Positions 1 to 9,831 of a DNA stretch of 64,000 nt are shown one piece after another (positions within the stretch are counted from its first letter, which is position 1; each line of letters opens with the position of its first letter). The notes beneath the pieces were generated by a model. The model was given only the letters and a program-made list of their open reading frames with translations. It searched no databases and had not been told where the DNA came from. The position numbers were made by a program, and so were the translations under genes. Source of the DNA: an uncultured Acidobacteriota bacterium (GTDB taxonomy: Bacteria > Acidobacteriota > JAQAZP01); the NCBI GenBank assembly GCA_963836075.1, contig CAWIIB010000001.1, forward strand, positions 1,344,001 to 1,408,000, read 5' to 3'.

Positions 1-2
1 GT

Positions 3-1634
3 TACCAGCACACCTTCAGCTACAGTTACTCCAATCTGGGCTACTACTGGTATGTGGAGGATTACGCGGTTCTCGATCCCGGACCAGGTGTTTTTAGTGC
101 CGACCCGCTCTTGGCCACCGGGCCGATGGGATCCTGGTATCTGAGCCAAATCGCGGCGGGACAGCCGGCAACAAGCCCCTGCGTCAACAGCGGTGATCCC
201 GCCGCCCTGCCTTTCGGAACCACGCGCACCGACCTCCAACCGGACAGCGCAGTGGTGGACATGGGCTACCACCCCCTGCTCGACCAGGGGATGTATATCT
301 GTCATCAGCCCTCCTCTTTCTATTACTACGATATCGACTTCGGCGATCCGCCTCCCGAGGACCGCACACTGGAGATCTGGCGCTGTGTGGAGGGCACGAT
401 GGACTGGACCGTGACCAGCAGCGCCGGATGGCTGACCCTCGACCCGCTGTCCGGCAGTTCCACCGGCGAGGTGGACCAGGTGACGGTCAACGTGGACACT
501 TCGGTGCTGGCCGCCGGCACCCAGCGGGCCGTAATCGTGATCAACGCACCCGGCGCACTGAACAACCCCGTAACCATCCCGGTGACGGTGGCTATCGACG
601 GTGCCTGGACCCACTGGCGGCTGGCCGTCGGCCCGGGCCCCTCACCGGACAATCCTCCACTGGTCCGTGTCTTCAATGGCACCAATTTCGATCCGGGAAC
701 GTTGCTGCACGAGTTCCCGGCATATGGGGCCACCGGCTACGGCGTGCGGGTTTCCTGTGGCGATCCGGATGGTGACGGTGTGGACGAAATCGTTACCGGG
801 GCGGGTCCCGGGGCTCTATACGGACCCCACGTTCGGGGGTTCGAAGCTGACGGCACGCCGTTGCCCGGATTGAGCTTCCTCGCCTACGGCACCAACAAAT
901 TCGGGGTGAACACGGCCTGCGGCGACCTGGACGGTGACCGTTTCGACGAGATCGTCACCGGCGCCGGACCGGGGGCAGTGTTCGGGCCCCATGTGCGGGG
1001 TTTTCGTTACCACCAGTCAACCGTCACACCATTGGCCGGGGTCAGCTTCTTCGCCTACGGAACCCACCGCTGGGGCGTGAACGTCGACTGCGGCGACCTG
1101 GATGGCGACGGCATGGACGAGATTGTCACCGGCGCCGGGCCGGGAGCGATCTTCGGCCCCCACGTGCGGGGCTGGAACGTGGACGGCGCAACTGCCGCCC
1201 CGATGCCGGAAGTCAGTTTCATGGCCTACGACAGCAATCACTTCGGCGTGAATGTGGCCTGCGGCGACCTGGACAATGACGGTCTGGACGAAATCGTCAC
1301 CGCCCCGGGACCCGGGCCATCGCTGGGCGCATATATTCGCGGCTGGAATGTCGACGGCGGTCAGCTGACCCCGATACCCGGCTGTGACCTGTTCGTCTGG
1401 CCGCCGGGCCAGAGACTACACGGGGCACGGGTCGCCGTCTCCCCACGGGGCCGGTCCGCCAGCACGGGCAAAGAGTTCATCATCGTCGGTTGCGGCCCGG
1501 ATCCGGCAGCCGATTCGGAAATCAAAACCTATAGTTATAACTCCGACCTGGAGCAATTGGACCCCTGGATCTCGTTCACCTCTTTTGACGGATCGGTTTG
1601 GGGCGTGGACGTGGCCGGAGGAGGCATGGAGTAA
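3..1634 (+). CDS. Secreted multidomain protein, paralogue 1 (5'-truncated by window): end of beta-helix region, BACON-like Ig domain, C-terminal FG-GAP-type repeats
   Basis: Frame is open from position 3 (YQHTFSYSYSNLGYYWY) and aligns with paralogue 2 (NTFSYSYTEMG); WLTLDPLSGSS Ig-like segment; four CGD(L/P)DxDxxDEIVT repeats; ends WGVDVAGGGME. Confidence 0.85.
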   Translation, partial: YQHTFSYSYSNLGYYWYVEDYAVLDPGPGVFSADPLLATGPMGSWYLSQIAAGQPATSPCVNSGDPAALPFGTTRTDLQPDSAVVDMGYHPLLDQGMYICHQPSSFYYYDIDFGDPPPEDRTLEIWRCVEGTMDWTVTSSAGWLTLDPLSGSSTGEVDQVTVNVDTSVLAAGTQRAVIVINAPGALNNPVTIPVTVAIDGAWTHWRLAVGPGPSPDNPPLVRVFNGTNFDPGTLLHEFPAYGATGYGVRVSCGDPDGDGVDEIVTGAGPGALYGPHVRGFEADGTPLPGLSFLAYGTNKFGVNTACGDLDGDRFDEIVTGAGPGAVFGPHVRGFRYHQSTVTPLAGVSFFAYGTHRWGVNVDCGDLDGDGMDEIVTGAGPGAIFGPHVRGWNVDGATAAPMPEVSFMAYDSNHFGVNVACGDLDNDGLDEIVTAPGPGPSLGAYIRGWNVDGGQLTPIPGCDLFVWPPGQRLHGARVAVSPRGRSASTGKEFIIVGCGPDPAADSEIKTYSYNSDLEQLDPWISFTSFDGSVWGVDVAGGGME

Positions 1635-1661
1635 AGGTTGGAAGCCAACAGGAGAAAACAG

Positions 1662-4028
1662 ATGCGGTTGTGGCTGCTCGTCCTCTGTATTTTGCTGGTT
1701 TTTGGTCCACCAACTGCCGCAATAGCCGCCGTGATCCACGTTCCCGCCGACCAGCCGACGATCCAGGCCGGCATCGACGCCGCTGCGACCGGCGACACGG
1801 TGCTGGTCGCCGATGGAACATACACCGGCCCTGGCAACCGCGACCTCGATTTTCACGGCAAATCGATTACCGTCACCTCGGAGAACGGCCCGCAGGCCTG
1901 CATTATCCATTGCCAGGAACTGGGCCGGGGATTCCATTTCCACAGCGGGGAGGACGGGAACGCGGTGCTCAACGGAATTTCCATCGGCAACGGGAACATT
2001 TCCGGAGGCGGTGGCGGCATCCTGATCGAGAACTGGTCCGCTCCGGAGATCAGCAACTGCGTGATCAACGGCTGCGACGCCGGGTACGGCGGCGGTGTGG
2101 CAGCATCGGGCGGCCTGATCACCGACTGTGTGATCAATTTCAACGAGGCCCTCACCGGTGGTGGGCTGGCCCTGCAAGGCAATGCCGTGGCCCACAACTG
2201 CCTGATAACCAGCAACTTCGCGGAGGGCGGGGGTGGCCTTTATGCCGGAGTCGAGGGATGCGCCACCGTTTCCAATTGCACGATCAACAGCAATCTGGCA
2301 ATCGACGTCGGCGGCGGAGCAGAGGTTTACAACCTGACGATGACCAACTGCATCATCTGGAACAATACCATCGCGACGATCTACGGCGCCGACATCTATG
2401 TCGGATCCTACGGGGGAAATACCTTCTCTTACAGCTACACCGAGATGGGCACGTACTGGTCCTGGGAGGACTCCTCGGTGCTCGACCCGGGTCCTGGAAA
2501 TTTCTCGGCTGATCCACTTTTCACCGACGGACCCAGCGGGAACCGGTATCTGAGCCAGACCGTCGCCGGTCAGCCGGCAAACAGCCGCTGCGTCGACAAT
2601 GGCGATCCCGCCACGCCGCCCTTTGGCACCACGAGAACCGACCGCGAGGCGGATGTGGGCGTGGTTGATATTGGCTACCACTACCCGCTGGAGGAGGGGC
2701 CACGTATTTGCCACGACCCGGCGTATTTCACCTACGACCTCGACAGTGGCGGCCCGCCTCCCGCGGACCGCACGCTGGAGATCCGGAACTGCGGGGAGGA
2801 GACGATGAACTGGTCGGTGAACAGCACGGCTGGCTGGCTAACCCTCGATCCGCTGTCCGGCAGTTCAGCCGGTGAGATGGATACAGTGACCGTCAGCGTG
2901 GACCCGTCATCGCTGGCCGCCGGCACCGAGCGGGCCGAGATCGTGATCAGCGCACCCGGGGCGCTGAACAGCCCGGTGACCGTCCCGGTGACGCTGGTGC
3001 TGGACGGCCCCTTCCCCTACTGGGGCTACGTGGCCGGTCCCGGCCCGTCTCCCGACAATCCGCCACTGGTCCGGGTCTACGAAGGCTGGGGCTCGCCGAC
3101 GCTGCGGCACGAATTCCCCGCCTATGGCGCCGCCGGGTACGGGGTGCGCGTGGCTTGCGGTGACCCGGATGGCGACGGCGATGGCGAGATCATCACCGGT
3201 GCCGGGCCGGGGGCGATCTACGGCCCCCACGTGCGGGGGTTCGAGCCCGACGGAACCCCGCTGCCGGGCCTGAGCTTCATGGCCTATGGCACGCTGAAAT
3301 ACGGGGTGAACGTCTCCTGCGGTGACCTGGACGGCGATGGCATTGACGAAATTATCGCCGGCGCCGGGCCAGGCGCCGTCTTCGGCCCCCATGTGCGGGC
3401 CTTCAGTTACGACCGCGACACGGCCGCCGTCACCCCACTGGGTGGGGTCAGCTTCTTCGCCTACGGCACCCTCAAGTGGGGTGTAAACGTCGACTGCGGC
3501 GACCTGGACGGCGACGGCATCGACGAGATCGTCAGCGGCGCCGGACCGGGTTCGGGGTTCGGCCCACACGTGCGGGGCTGGAAGGTGGACGGCGGCATTG
3601 CCGCGCCGATGCCGGGGGTCAGTTTCATGGCCTACAGCTACGTGCGTTTCGGCGTGAACATGGCCTGCGGCGACCTGGACGGCGACGGCCTTGACGAGAT
3701 CCTCACCGCACCAGGTCCCGGACCGTCCCTGGGCCCCTACATCCGGGGTTGGAACGTGGACGGCAAACAGGTGACCCCGATCCCCGGCTGCGAAGGTAAT
3801 GCCTGGCCGCCGGGTCAGCGGTTCTACGGGGCTCGGGTGGCAGTGATTCCGGGTGGCCAACCGGCGGAGACCATTCTGGTGGGCGGAGGGCCCGACCCGT
3901 CCGAGTGGTCGGACATTCAAGCATATCTTTACAATCCCGACACCGAGCAGCTCGAACTTCAGTTTTCCTTTGACACATTCGCGGGGACATTGTGGGGTGC
4001 GGATGTGGCCGGCGGCGGTATGGAATAA
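1662..4028 (+). CDS. Secreted protein, paralogue 2: right-handed beta-helix (pectin-lyase/Pmp-like) + BACON-like + FG-GAP-type repeats
   Basis: AGGAG RBS before ATG 1662; signal peptide MRLWLLVLCILLVFGPPTAAIA; IHVPADQPTIQAGIDAA..GDTVLVADGTY start and GGG-x-N repeats; DxDGDG repeats. Confidence 0.85.
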   Translation: MRLWLLVLCILLVFGPPTAAIAAVIHVPADQPTIQAGIDAAATGDTVLVADGTYTGPGNRDLDFHGKSITVTSENGPQACIIHCQELGRGFHFHSGEDGNAVLNGISIGNGNISGGGGGILIENWSAPEISNCVINGCDAGYGGGVAASGGLITDCVINFNEALTGGGLALQGNAVAHNCLITSNFAEGGGGLYAGVEGCATVSNCTINSNLAIDVGGGAEVYNLTMTNCIIWNNTIATIYGADIYVGSYGGNTFSYSYTEMGTYWSWEDSSVLDPGPGNFSADPLFTDGPSGNRYLSQTVAGQPANSRCVDNGDPATPPFGTTRTDREADVGVVDIGYHYPLEEGPRICHDPAYFTYDLDSGGPPPADRTLEIRNCGEETMNWSVNSTAGWLTLDPLSGSSAGEMDTVTVSVDPSSLAAGTERAEIVISAPGALNSPVTVPVTLVLDGPFPYWGYVAGPGPSPDNPPLVRVYEGWGSPTLRHEFPAYGAAGYGVRVACGDPDGDGDGEIITGAGPGAIYGPHVRGFEPDGTPLPGLSFMAYGTLKYGVNVSCGDLDGDGIDEIIAGAGPGAVFGPHVRAFSYDRDTAAVTPLGGVSFFAYGTLKWGVNVDCGDLDGDGIDEIVSGAGPGSGFGPHVRGWKVDGGIAAPMPGVSFMAYSYVRFGVNMACGDLDGDGLDEILTAPGPGPSLGPYIRGWNVDGKQVTPIPGCEGNAWPPGQRFYGARVAVIPGGQPAETILVGGGPDPSEWSDIQAYLYNPDTEQLELQFSFDTFAGTLWGADVAGGGME

Positions 4029-4051
4029 GAAACAACCAGGAGAGATCACAA

Positions 4052-6370
4052 ATGCCCATGCTCGTCATTTTCATTGGCTCGCTCCTGCTGTGCGGACTGT
4101 CGACGAATGGGTCCGCTGACGTAATCCACGTTCCCGGGGACCAACCCAACATCCAGGCCGGCATCGACACCGCGGTCAGCGGCGACACCGTGCTGGTGGC
4201 CGACGGCATCTGGACCGGTGCGAACAACCGCACCCTCGACTTCCGCGGCAAGGCGATCACGGTGAGCTCGGCCAACGGCCCGGGGTTCTGCACCATCGAC
4301 TGCCTGGAGCAGGGGTGTGCCGTCCACTTCCAGAACGGTGAAGACCTGGACTCCGTTTTCACCGGGTTTACCATCTTCGACGGCCATGGCGAGGGGGGGG
4401 GAGGCATCAGGGTGGAGAGCGGGTGCACACCGCTGATCGCCAACTGCGTGATCCAGGGCTGCCTCGCCTACTATGGTGGTGGCCTGTACCTTGGCGACGA
4501 CGCCGTGATCCGGAACTGCCTGATCCACGACAACCACGCCTACGAGGGTGGAGGGGGGATACACACCAGGATCGATGCCAACCCTTTGGTTACCAGTTGC
4601 ACCATCACCGACAATTTCAGCGGGGAGGTTGGCGGCGGAGTATTCGTGGTGGACAGCATGGTGATGACCAACTGCATCGTCTGGGAGAATGAAGCCTTAT
4701 TTGACGGAGACGAAGGTTACCTGGCGGGATACGGCGCTTCCCCCACCCTCAGTATCAGCTACAACGACCTGGGGCTGTACTGGTATCTCGGGTATTACAC
4801 CTATATCGACAACGGCCCCGGAAACATCACCGCCGACCCGCTCTTCGCCTCCGGGCCGGACGGGGACTGGTTCCTCGGCCAGACCGCGGCTGGCCAGCCG
4901 GCCCAGAGCCCCTGCGTGGACAGCGGCGATCCGGAGGTGACGCCGTTCGGCACCACTCGCACCGACCTCGAACCCGACACCGGCGCACTGGACATTGGCT
5001 ACCACCCGGTAATGCCCGCGGGGATGTATATCTGCCACGAGCCCTATTCCCTGATCTACTTCGCCGAGCTCGGCGACCCGCCGCCGGACGACCGCCAACT
5101 GGAGATCTGGCGCTGCGTGGAGGGAACGCTGGAGTGGACGGTGAGCAGCCCGGCGGACTGGATCACCCTCGCCCCGCTCTCCGGCAGCTCCACCGGCGAG
5201 GTGGACACGGTGACGGTGAGCGTGGATTTCTCAACCCTGGCCGCCGGCACCGAGCTGGCCGAGATCGTGATCAACGCCCCCGGAGCGCTGAACGACCCGG
5301 TGACCATTCCGGTCAGGGTGCACATCCATGGGCCAAACTCGCACTACGGTCTGGTGGCCGGCCCGGGCCCGTCGCCGGACAACCCGCCCCTGGTCCGGGT
5401 GTTCGCCAGCGGTGACCCGCCGGCACTGCTGCACGAGTTCCCGGCGTACGGGGCCGACGGCTACGGCGTGCGGGTCACCTGCGGGGATATGGACGGTGAC
5501 GGCGCCGAGGAGATCGTCACCGGGGCCGGGCCGGGGGCGATCTATGGCCCCCACGTAAGGGGTTTCGAGATCATCGGTGCGCCGCTGCCGGGATTGAGCT
5601 TCATCGCCTACGGCACCCACAAGTACGGGGTGAACGTCTCCTGCGGCGACCTGGACGGAGACCGCTATGACGAGATCGTCACCGGCGCCGGGCCGGGCGC
5701 GGTCTTCGGGCCCCACGTGCGTGGGTTCCAGTATGACCACGAGGCGGGCACCGTGGCCCCGCTGGGCGGAGTGAGTTTCTTCGCCTACGGCACGAACAGG
5801 TACGGCGTCAACGTCGACTGCGGCGACCTGGACGGCGACGGCATGGCCGAGATCGTCACCGGCGCCGGGCCGGGCGCGGTCTTCGGCCCCCACGTGCGGG
5901 GCTGGAACGTGGACGGGGGCACTGCCGCCCCCATCCCCGGGATCAGCTTCATGGCCTACAACAGCAACCACTACGGCGTGAACGTGGCCTGCGGCGACAT
6001 CGACGGCGACGGCCTGGCCGAGATCATCACCGCCCCGGGGCCGGGCCCCTCGCTGGGGGCCTTCATCCGCGGCTGGTCCTTCGACGGCAGCCAGGTGTCG
6101 CCGGTCCCGGGCTGTGACATCTTCGCCTGGCCGCCGGGCGATCGCCTGTGCGGCGCCCGGGTCGCCATGCAGCGAGCGGCCGGCGGTTCAGCCATCGACT
6201 TTAACTACATCCTCGTCGGTGGCGGCCCCGACCCGGCGGCCGACACCGAAGTCCAGGTCTATGTCTACCGTACGGACTCCGAAGAACTGTTCCTGCTCCG
6301 GTCTTTCGAGACCTTTGACGAGGGCATGACCTGGGGCGTGGACGTGACCGGCGGCGGCATGGAGTTCTAG
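4052..6370 (+). CDS. Secreted protein, paralogue 3: beta-helix + BACON-like + FG-GAP-type repeats
   Basis: AGGAG upstream of ATG 4052; signal peptide; same domain order as paralogue 2; ends WGVDVTGGGMEF. Confidence 0.85.
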   Translation: MPMLVIFIGSLLLCGLSTNGSADVIHVPGDQPNIQAGIDTAVSGDTVLVADGIWTGANNRTLDFRGKAITVSSANGPGFCTIDCLEQGCAVHFQNGEDLDSVFTGFTIFDGHGEGGGGIRVESGCTPLIANCVIQGCLAYYGGGLYLGDDAVIRNCLIHDNHAYEGGGGIHTRIDANPLVTSCTITDNFSGEVGGGVFVVDSMVMTNCIVWENEALFDGDEGYLAGYGASPTLSISYNDLGLYWYLGYYTYIDNGPGNITADPLFASGPDGDWFLGQTAAGQPAQSPCVDSGDPEVTPFGTTRTDLEPDTGALDIGYHPVMPAGMYICHEPYSLIYFAELGDPPPDDRQLEIWRCVEGTLEWTVSSPADWITLAPLSGSSTGEVDTVTVSVDFSTLAAGTELAEIVINAPGALNDPVTIPVRVHIHGPNSHYGLVAGPGPSPDNPPLVRVFASGDPPALLHEFPAYGADGYGVRVTCGDMDGDGAEEIVTGAGPGAIYGPHVRGFEIIGAPLPGLSFIAYGTHKYGVNVSCGDLDGDRYDEIVTGAGPGAVFGPHVRGFQYDHEAGTVAPLGGVSFFAYGTNRYGVNVDCGDLDGDGMAEIVTGAGPGAVFGPHVRGWNVDGGTAAPIPGISFMAYNSNHYGVNVACGDIDGDGLAEIITAPGPGPSLGAFIRGWSFDGSQVSPVPGCDIFAWPPGDRLCGARVAMQRAAGGSAIDFNYILVGGGPDPAADTEVQVYVYRTDSEELFLLRSFETFDEGMTWGVDVTGGGMEF

Positions 6371-9300
6371 GCACGCCGGGCCACGGCTTTCTTCTCTTCA
6401 CGCAGCAGCTTCACCCCCTCGGCGATCAGGTTGGGGGCGCCGTGATCATCCTCGACACGTCCCTTGACCAGGAAGGGCCCCGAGGCCCGTGACAGCTCGG
6501 CGGCGAACCGGCGGTAGACCCGGGGGAAGAAGGTGGCCTCGAAGCGGCCGTGGGGATCGGAAAAGGTGACAAAGGCCATCGGCTCGTTCTTCTTCTCGGT
6601 GCGGGTGCGCTTGGTGGTCACCTTCCAGCCGAAGCAGTACGCAGTCTTGCCGTCCATCTTCTCGAGGTCCACGGAGCGGACCACCGGACGCTGCCTCGCC
6701 ACCCGTGACAGCCGCTCGGCAAACAGTTCCAGCGGGTGGGCGGTGGCGGTGAGCCCCAGCAGGTCGAGTTCGAGGAGCATCTTCTTCTGCCGGGGGTAGT
6801 CCTCCAGCGGCGGCAGTTTGCCGGCCAGCTGCTCGAAGTTGTGGGGGCACCCCTTGTCCGGCCCGGAGAAGAGCAGCCCGATGAGCCAGAGCAGCTCAGG
6901 CCGGGTGCGGCCGAGACAGTCGAGCGCGCCGCAGCGGGCCAGGGCCTCCAGCTCGGCTTTCTCGGGGCGCAGTTCGCAGCGCCGGGCCAGTTCGTCGATG
7001 GCGGTGAAGGGCCCGTCCTTCGCCCGGGCCTCCACAATGCTCTCCAGCTGTTCGGCGCGCACCCCCTTGACCATCATCAGCCCCACCCGCACCGCCTTGC
7101 CCTCGCCGGTGAAGCGCACCTCGCCCCGGTTGACGCAGGGCAGGATGATCTCCAGCCCCAGGCGCCGCGCCTCTTCCACGTATTCCAGCGACGAGTAGTA
7201 GCCGCCCTGGTTGGAAAGCACCGCGGCCATGAAGTGTGCCGGGTGGTGCGCCTTCCAGTACATGCTCTCGAAGGATTCGAGGGCAAAGGAGGCGGAGTGG
7301 GCCTTGCAGAAGGCGTAGCCGGCAAAGGACTCGATCTGGCGGAAGACCTCGGTGATCACGTCGTCGGGCACGCCGTTCCCGGCGGAGCCGCGGAAGAAGC
7401 GGTGCTTGTATTTCTCCATCCGCTCCCAGTTCCGTTTCTTGGACATGCACTTGCGCAGCCCGTCGGCCTCGGAGAGGCTCATCCCGGCCATCTCGGAGGC
7501 GATGCGGATCACCTGCTCCTGGTAGATCAGGCAGCCGTAGGTGTCGGACAGCACCGGCTCCAGACGGGGGTGGAGAAAGCTCACCGGCTCGAGGCCCAGG
7601 TGGCGGCGCACGTACTGCCGCTTGCCGCCGTGGTTGGAAACACCGGGGCGGATGATGGAGGAGATGGCGGTGAGCACCTCGAAGTCGTCGCAGCGGGTCT
7701 GGCGGATCAGCTGGATCATGCCCGGGGACTCGATGTAGAAACAGCCCTCGCTGTGGCCCTCGCGCATCATCTCCCGGGTCAGCGGGTCGCTGAGACAGCG
7801 CAGCGGGTCGTCGCCGTGGAGGCCCTCCTCCGGCCCCGCCTCGCCGTCCCCCCGCTCAGCGGCCGCCGCCCGCTGGGTCTCGGAGATCACCGCCAGCCCC
7901 TTCTGGCCCAGGATGTCGATCTTCAGCAGGCCGGCGTCCTCCACGGGGTACATCGACCACTGGGTGATGGGCAGGCCCTTGTCGCCCAGCTCCAGCGGCA
8001 TGTGGTCGGTGATCGGCCCGGGGGCCACCACCAGGCCGCAGGGGTGGGTGGCCAGGTGGCGCGGGAAACCGCTGACCCGCCCGGCAGCCTCGAGGATCGA
8101 GCGGAACGGCTCACGGTCCAGCGGCAGCCCGTGGCTCTCCGGCCAGCGATCGGCCGCCTCCCCCACCCCCTCGGCCGAGGCGAAGTGAGGCAGCTTCTTC
8201 ACCACCGCGTCGATCTCACCCACGGGGATGCCCATGGCCGACGCCACCTCGCGGATCGCCGACCGGGCGCGCATGGTGGAGTAGGTGCAGATCATCGCCA
8301 CCCGGTCACGGCCGTAGCGGCGAAAGATGTAGTCCAGCACCTCTTCGCGGTCGTCGGTGCCGAAGTCGATGTCGAAGTCGGGCATCGATTCCCGCTCGAG
8401 ATTGAGAAAGCGCTCGAAAAAGAGATTGTGCCGCAGGGGGTCGACGTGGGTGATGAAGAGACAGAAGGAGACGATGCTGTTGGCCGCCGACCCGCGGCCC
8501 AGACAGGGCATGCCCTCCTGGCGGGCGAAGCGGACGATGTCGTGGCAGACGAGGAAGTAGTCTTCCAGCTCGAGGCGGCAGATCACGTCCAGTTCGCGGT
8601 TCAGGGTGTCGTAGGCCTCACGGGTGATCGGCCGGTAGCGCTGCTCCAGACCCTGGAAGGCCAGCTTGCAGAGCCAGGAGAAGGAGCTCTCCCCCTCGGG
8701 CACCGGAAAGCGGGGCAGCTTGGGCCGGCCGATCTCCAGGTCGACGCGGCAGGACCAGGCGATCTCGGCCGCGTTACGCAGGGCCTGGGGCAGGTCATGA
8801 AACAGGGCGGCCATCTGGGCCGGACTCTTGAAGTGGTTCTCGCGGTCCACCGCGGCGCCGGCGGGGAGGGTGCCCACGGTGGTGTTGGTGCGCATGGCCG
8901 AGAGCAGCCGGTGGGTGAAGTGGTCCTCGGCGGCCAGCAGGTGGACGCGGTTGGCAGCAGCCACCGGGAAACCGAACTTCTCGGCCAGGGTGATCAGACG
9001 GTAGCCGTGGCGGCGGCTGGCCGCGTCACGGATGTTGGTCAGTTCGACGTAGACGTGGTCCGGCCCCTGACGGCCCCGGGAGCAGTCGCGGGCGCCGGCC
9101 AGGGCGCCCAGCAGCTGCTGGTCGGCGGTGAGCACCACCACCCGCGGGGAAAGTTCGGCCAGGCAGGCATCGAGGTCGAAATCCTCTTCCAGGTGCCTGG
9201 CGGTCACCGCCCGGCAGACCTCGGCGTACCCCTCGCGGTCACGGGCCAGCAGCACGGCCCGCCGCCGCGGCCCGGCCTCCCGCCGGGTTCGGCCCGGCTC

Positions 9301-9573
9301 GCGTTTCCTCTCCCCCCGGCCTTCGGCAGCCGCTCCCCCGCTCTCCTGTCCAGCCACGCCCAGTTCCAGCTCGGCGCCATAGATCGGCCGCACCCCCTCG
9401 GCCACACAGGCCTGGTGAAAGGGCACAGCAGCGTAGAGCCCGTTGGTGTCGGTGAGCGCCAGGGCGTCCATCCCCGCCTCCCGAGCAGCAACGGCCAACT
9501 GCTCTACCGTGGCCGTACCGGAGAGGAGGGAGAAATTGGAGTGGCTGTTGAGGTGGACATAGGGGATCGCCAT
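6367..9573 (-). CDS. dnaE2: Error-prone-type DNA polymerase III alpha subunit (DnaE2/ImuC-like)
   Basis: PHP N-terminus (HLNSHSNFSLL, ALTDTNGLY), GRGSAANS, catalytic PDFDIDF, GLLKIDILG, YAFCKAHS, C-terminal OB fold; 1068 aa; close to lexA and a Y-family polymerase. Confidence 0.88.
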   Translation of the reverse strand: MAIPYVHLNSHSNFSLLSGTATVEQLAVAAREAGMDALALTDTNGLYAAVPFHQACVAEGVRPIYGAELELGVAGQESGGAAAEGRGERKREPGRTRREAGPRRRAVLLARDREGYAEVCRAVTARHLEEDFDLDACLAELSPRVVVLTADQQLLGALAGARDCSRGRQGPDHVYVELTNIRDAASRRHGYRLITLAEKFGFPVAAANRVHLLAAEDHFTHRLLSAMRTNTTVGTLPAGAAVDRENHFKSPAQMAALFHDLPQALRNAAEIAWSCRVDLEIGRPKLPRFPVPEGESSFSWLCKLAFQGLEQRYRPITREAYDTLNRELDVICRLELEDYFLVCHDIVRFARQEGMPCLGRGSAANSIVSFCLFITHVDPLRHNLFFERFLNLERESMPDFDIDFGTDDREEVLDYIFRRYGRDRVAMICTYSTMRARSAIREVASAMGIPVGEIDAVVKKLPHFASAEGVGEAADRWPESHGLPLDREPFRSILEAAGRVSGFPRHLATHPCGLVVAPGPITDHMPLELGDKGLPITQWSMYPVEDAGLLKIDILGQKGLAVISETQRAAAAERGDGEAGPEEGLHGDDPLRCLSDPLTREMMREGHSEGCFYIESPGMIQLIRQTRCDDFEVLTAISSIIRPGVSNHGGKRQYVRRHLGLEPVSFLHPRLEPVLSDTYGCLIYQEQVIRIASEMAGMSLSEADGLRKCMSKKRNWERMEKYKHRFFRGSAGNGVPDDVITEVFRQIESFAGYAFCKAHSASFALESFESMYWKAHHPAHFMAAVLSNQGGYYSSLEYVEEARRLGLEIILPCVNRGEVRFTGEGKAVRVGLMMVKGVRAEQLESIVEARAKDGPFTAIDELARRCELRPEKAELEALARCGALDCLGRTRPELLWLIGLLFSGPDKGCPHNFEQLAGKLPPLEDYPRQKKMLLELDLLGLTATAHPLELFAERLSRVARQRPVVRSVDLEKMDGKTAYCFGWKVTTKRTRTEKKNEPMAFVTFSDPHGRFEATFFPRVYRRFAAELSRASGPFLVKGRVEDDHGAPNLIAEGVKLLREEKKAVARRA

Positions 9574-9613
9574 GGTGGCCGGTATATATCAAGCACAGCG
9601 CTATTCTCTTTCC

Positions 9614-9736
9614 TGCCGGGCCGCCCGGCGGCGTGCACCTGCACGCCACCGCGGGCCCCTGAGCGTCGGAACCCGGGCGAAACGGTGAAGAGGTACACCT
9701 GCGAAGCACCCGTTCACCAGATCCGCTGGCCCGGCA
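9614..9736 (-). other. Predicted multi-stem RNA structure in the dnaE2 5' leader
   Basis: Closing stem TGCCGGGCC/GGCCCGGCA; inner stems GGTGAA/TTCACC, GGGTTCC/GGGGCCC and CGGTGGCGTGCA/TGCACGCCGCCG on the minus strand. Confidence 0.45.
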
Positions 9737-9753
9737 TATAAACCACAAAGGGT

Positions 9754-9806
9754 TTTCGCTTTATTTTCGTCAAAATCAATATAGACGAAAATAAAGCGAA
9801 AGTCAA
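9754..9806 (-). promoter_or_regulatory. sigma70 promoter of dnaE2 with two putative LexA operators
   Basis: TTGACT (9806-9801)-N17-TATATT (9783-9778); perfect 18-bp inverted repeat 9754-9771 / 9784-9801, each arm containing TTTCG-N6-TTTCG; same architecture upstream of lexA. Confidence 0.8.
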
Positions 9807-9831
9807 GGAGGGATGGAAACAGTGGGGACAG

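Noticed and set aside
700-6100. Recurring near-identical DNA motifs (tgcggcgacctggacggcgac..., ggcccccacgtgcgggg) resembling a CRISPR or repeat array
   Set aside because: They are in-frame coding repeats of FG-GAP-type blades with synonymous variation; no unique spacers or cas genes
3-6370. Diversity-generating retroelement acting on the paralogues
   Set aside because: No reverse transcriptase or template repeat in the window, and differences are not confined to adenines
6736-9741. 1001-aa ORF antisense to dnaE2, and similar long antisense ORFs (17090-18571, 23076-24833, 34112-35833, 41347-42978)
   Set aside because: Shadow ORFs expected from high GC3 codon bias; no recognisable motifs
9754-9801. 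18-bp inverted repeat as a terminator or transposon end
   Set aside because: AT-rich arms coincide with promoter elements and recur at lexA; no transposase nearby
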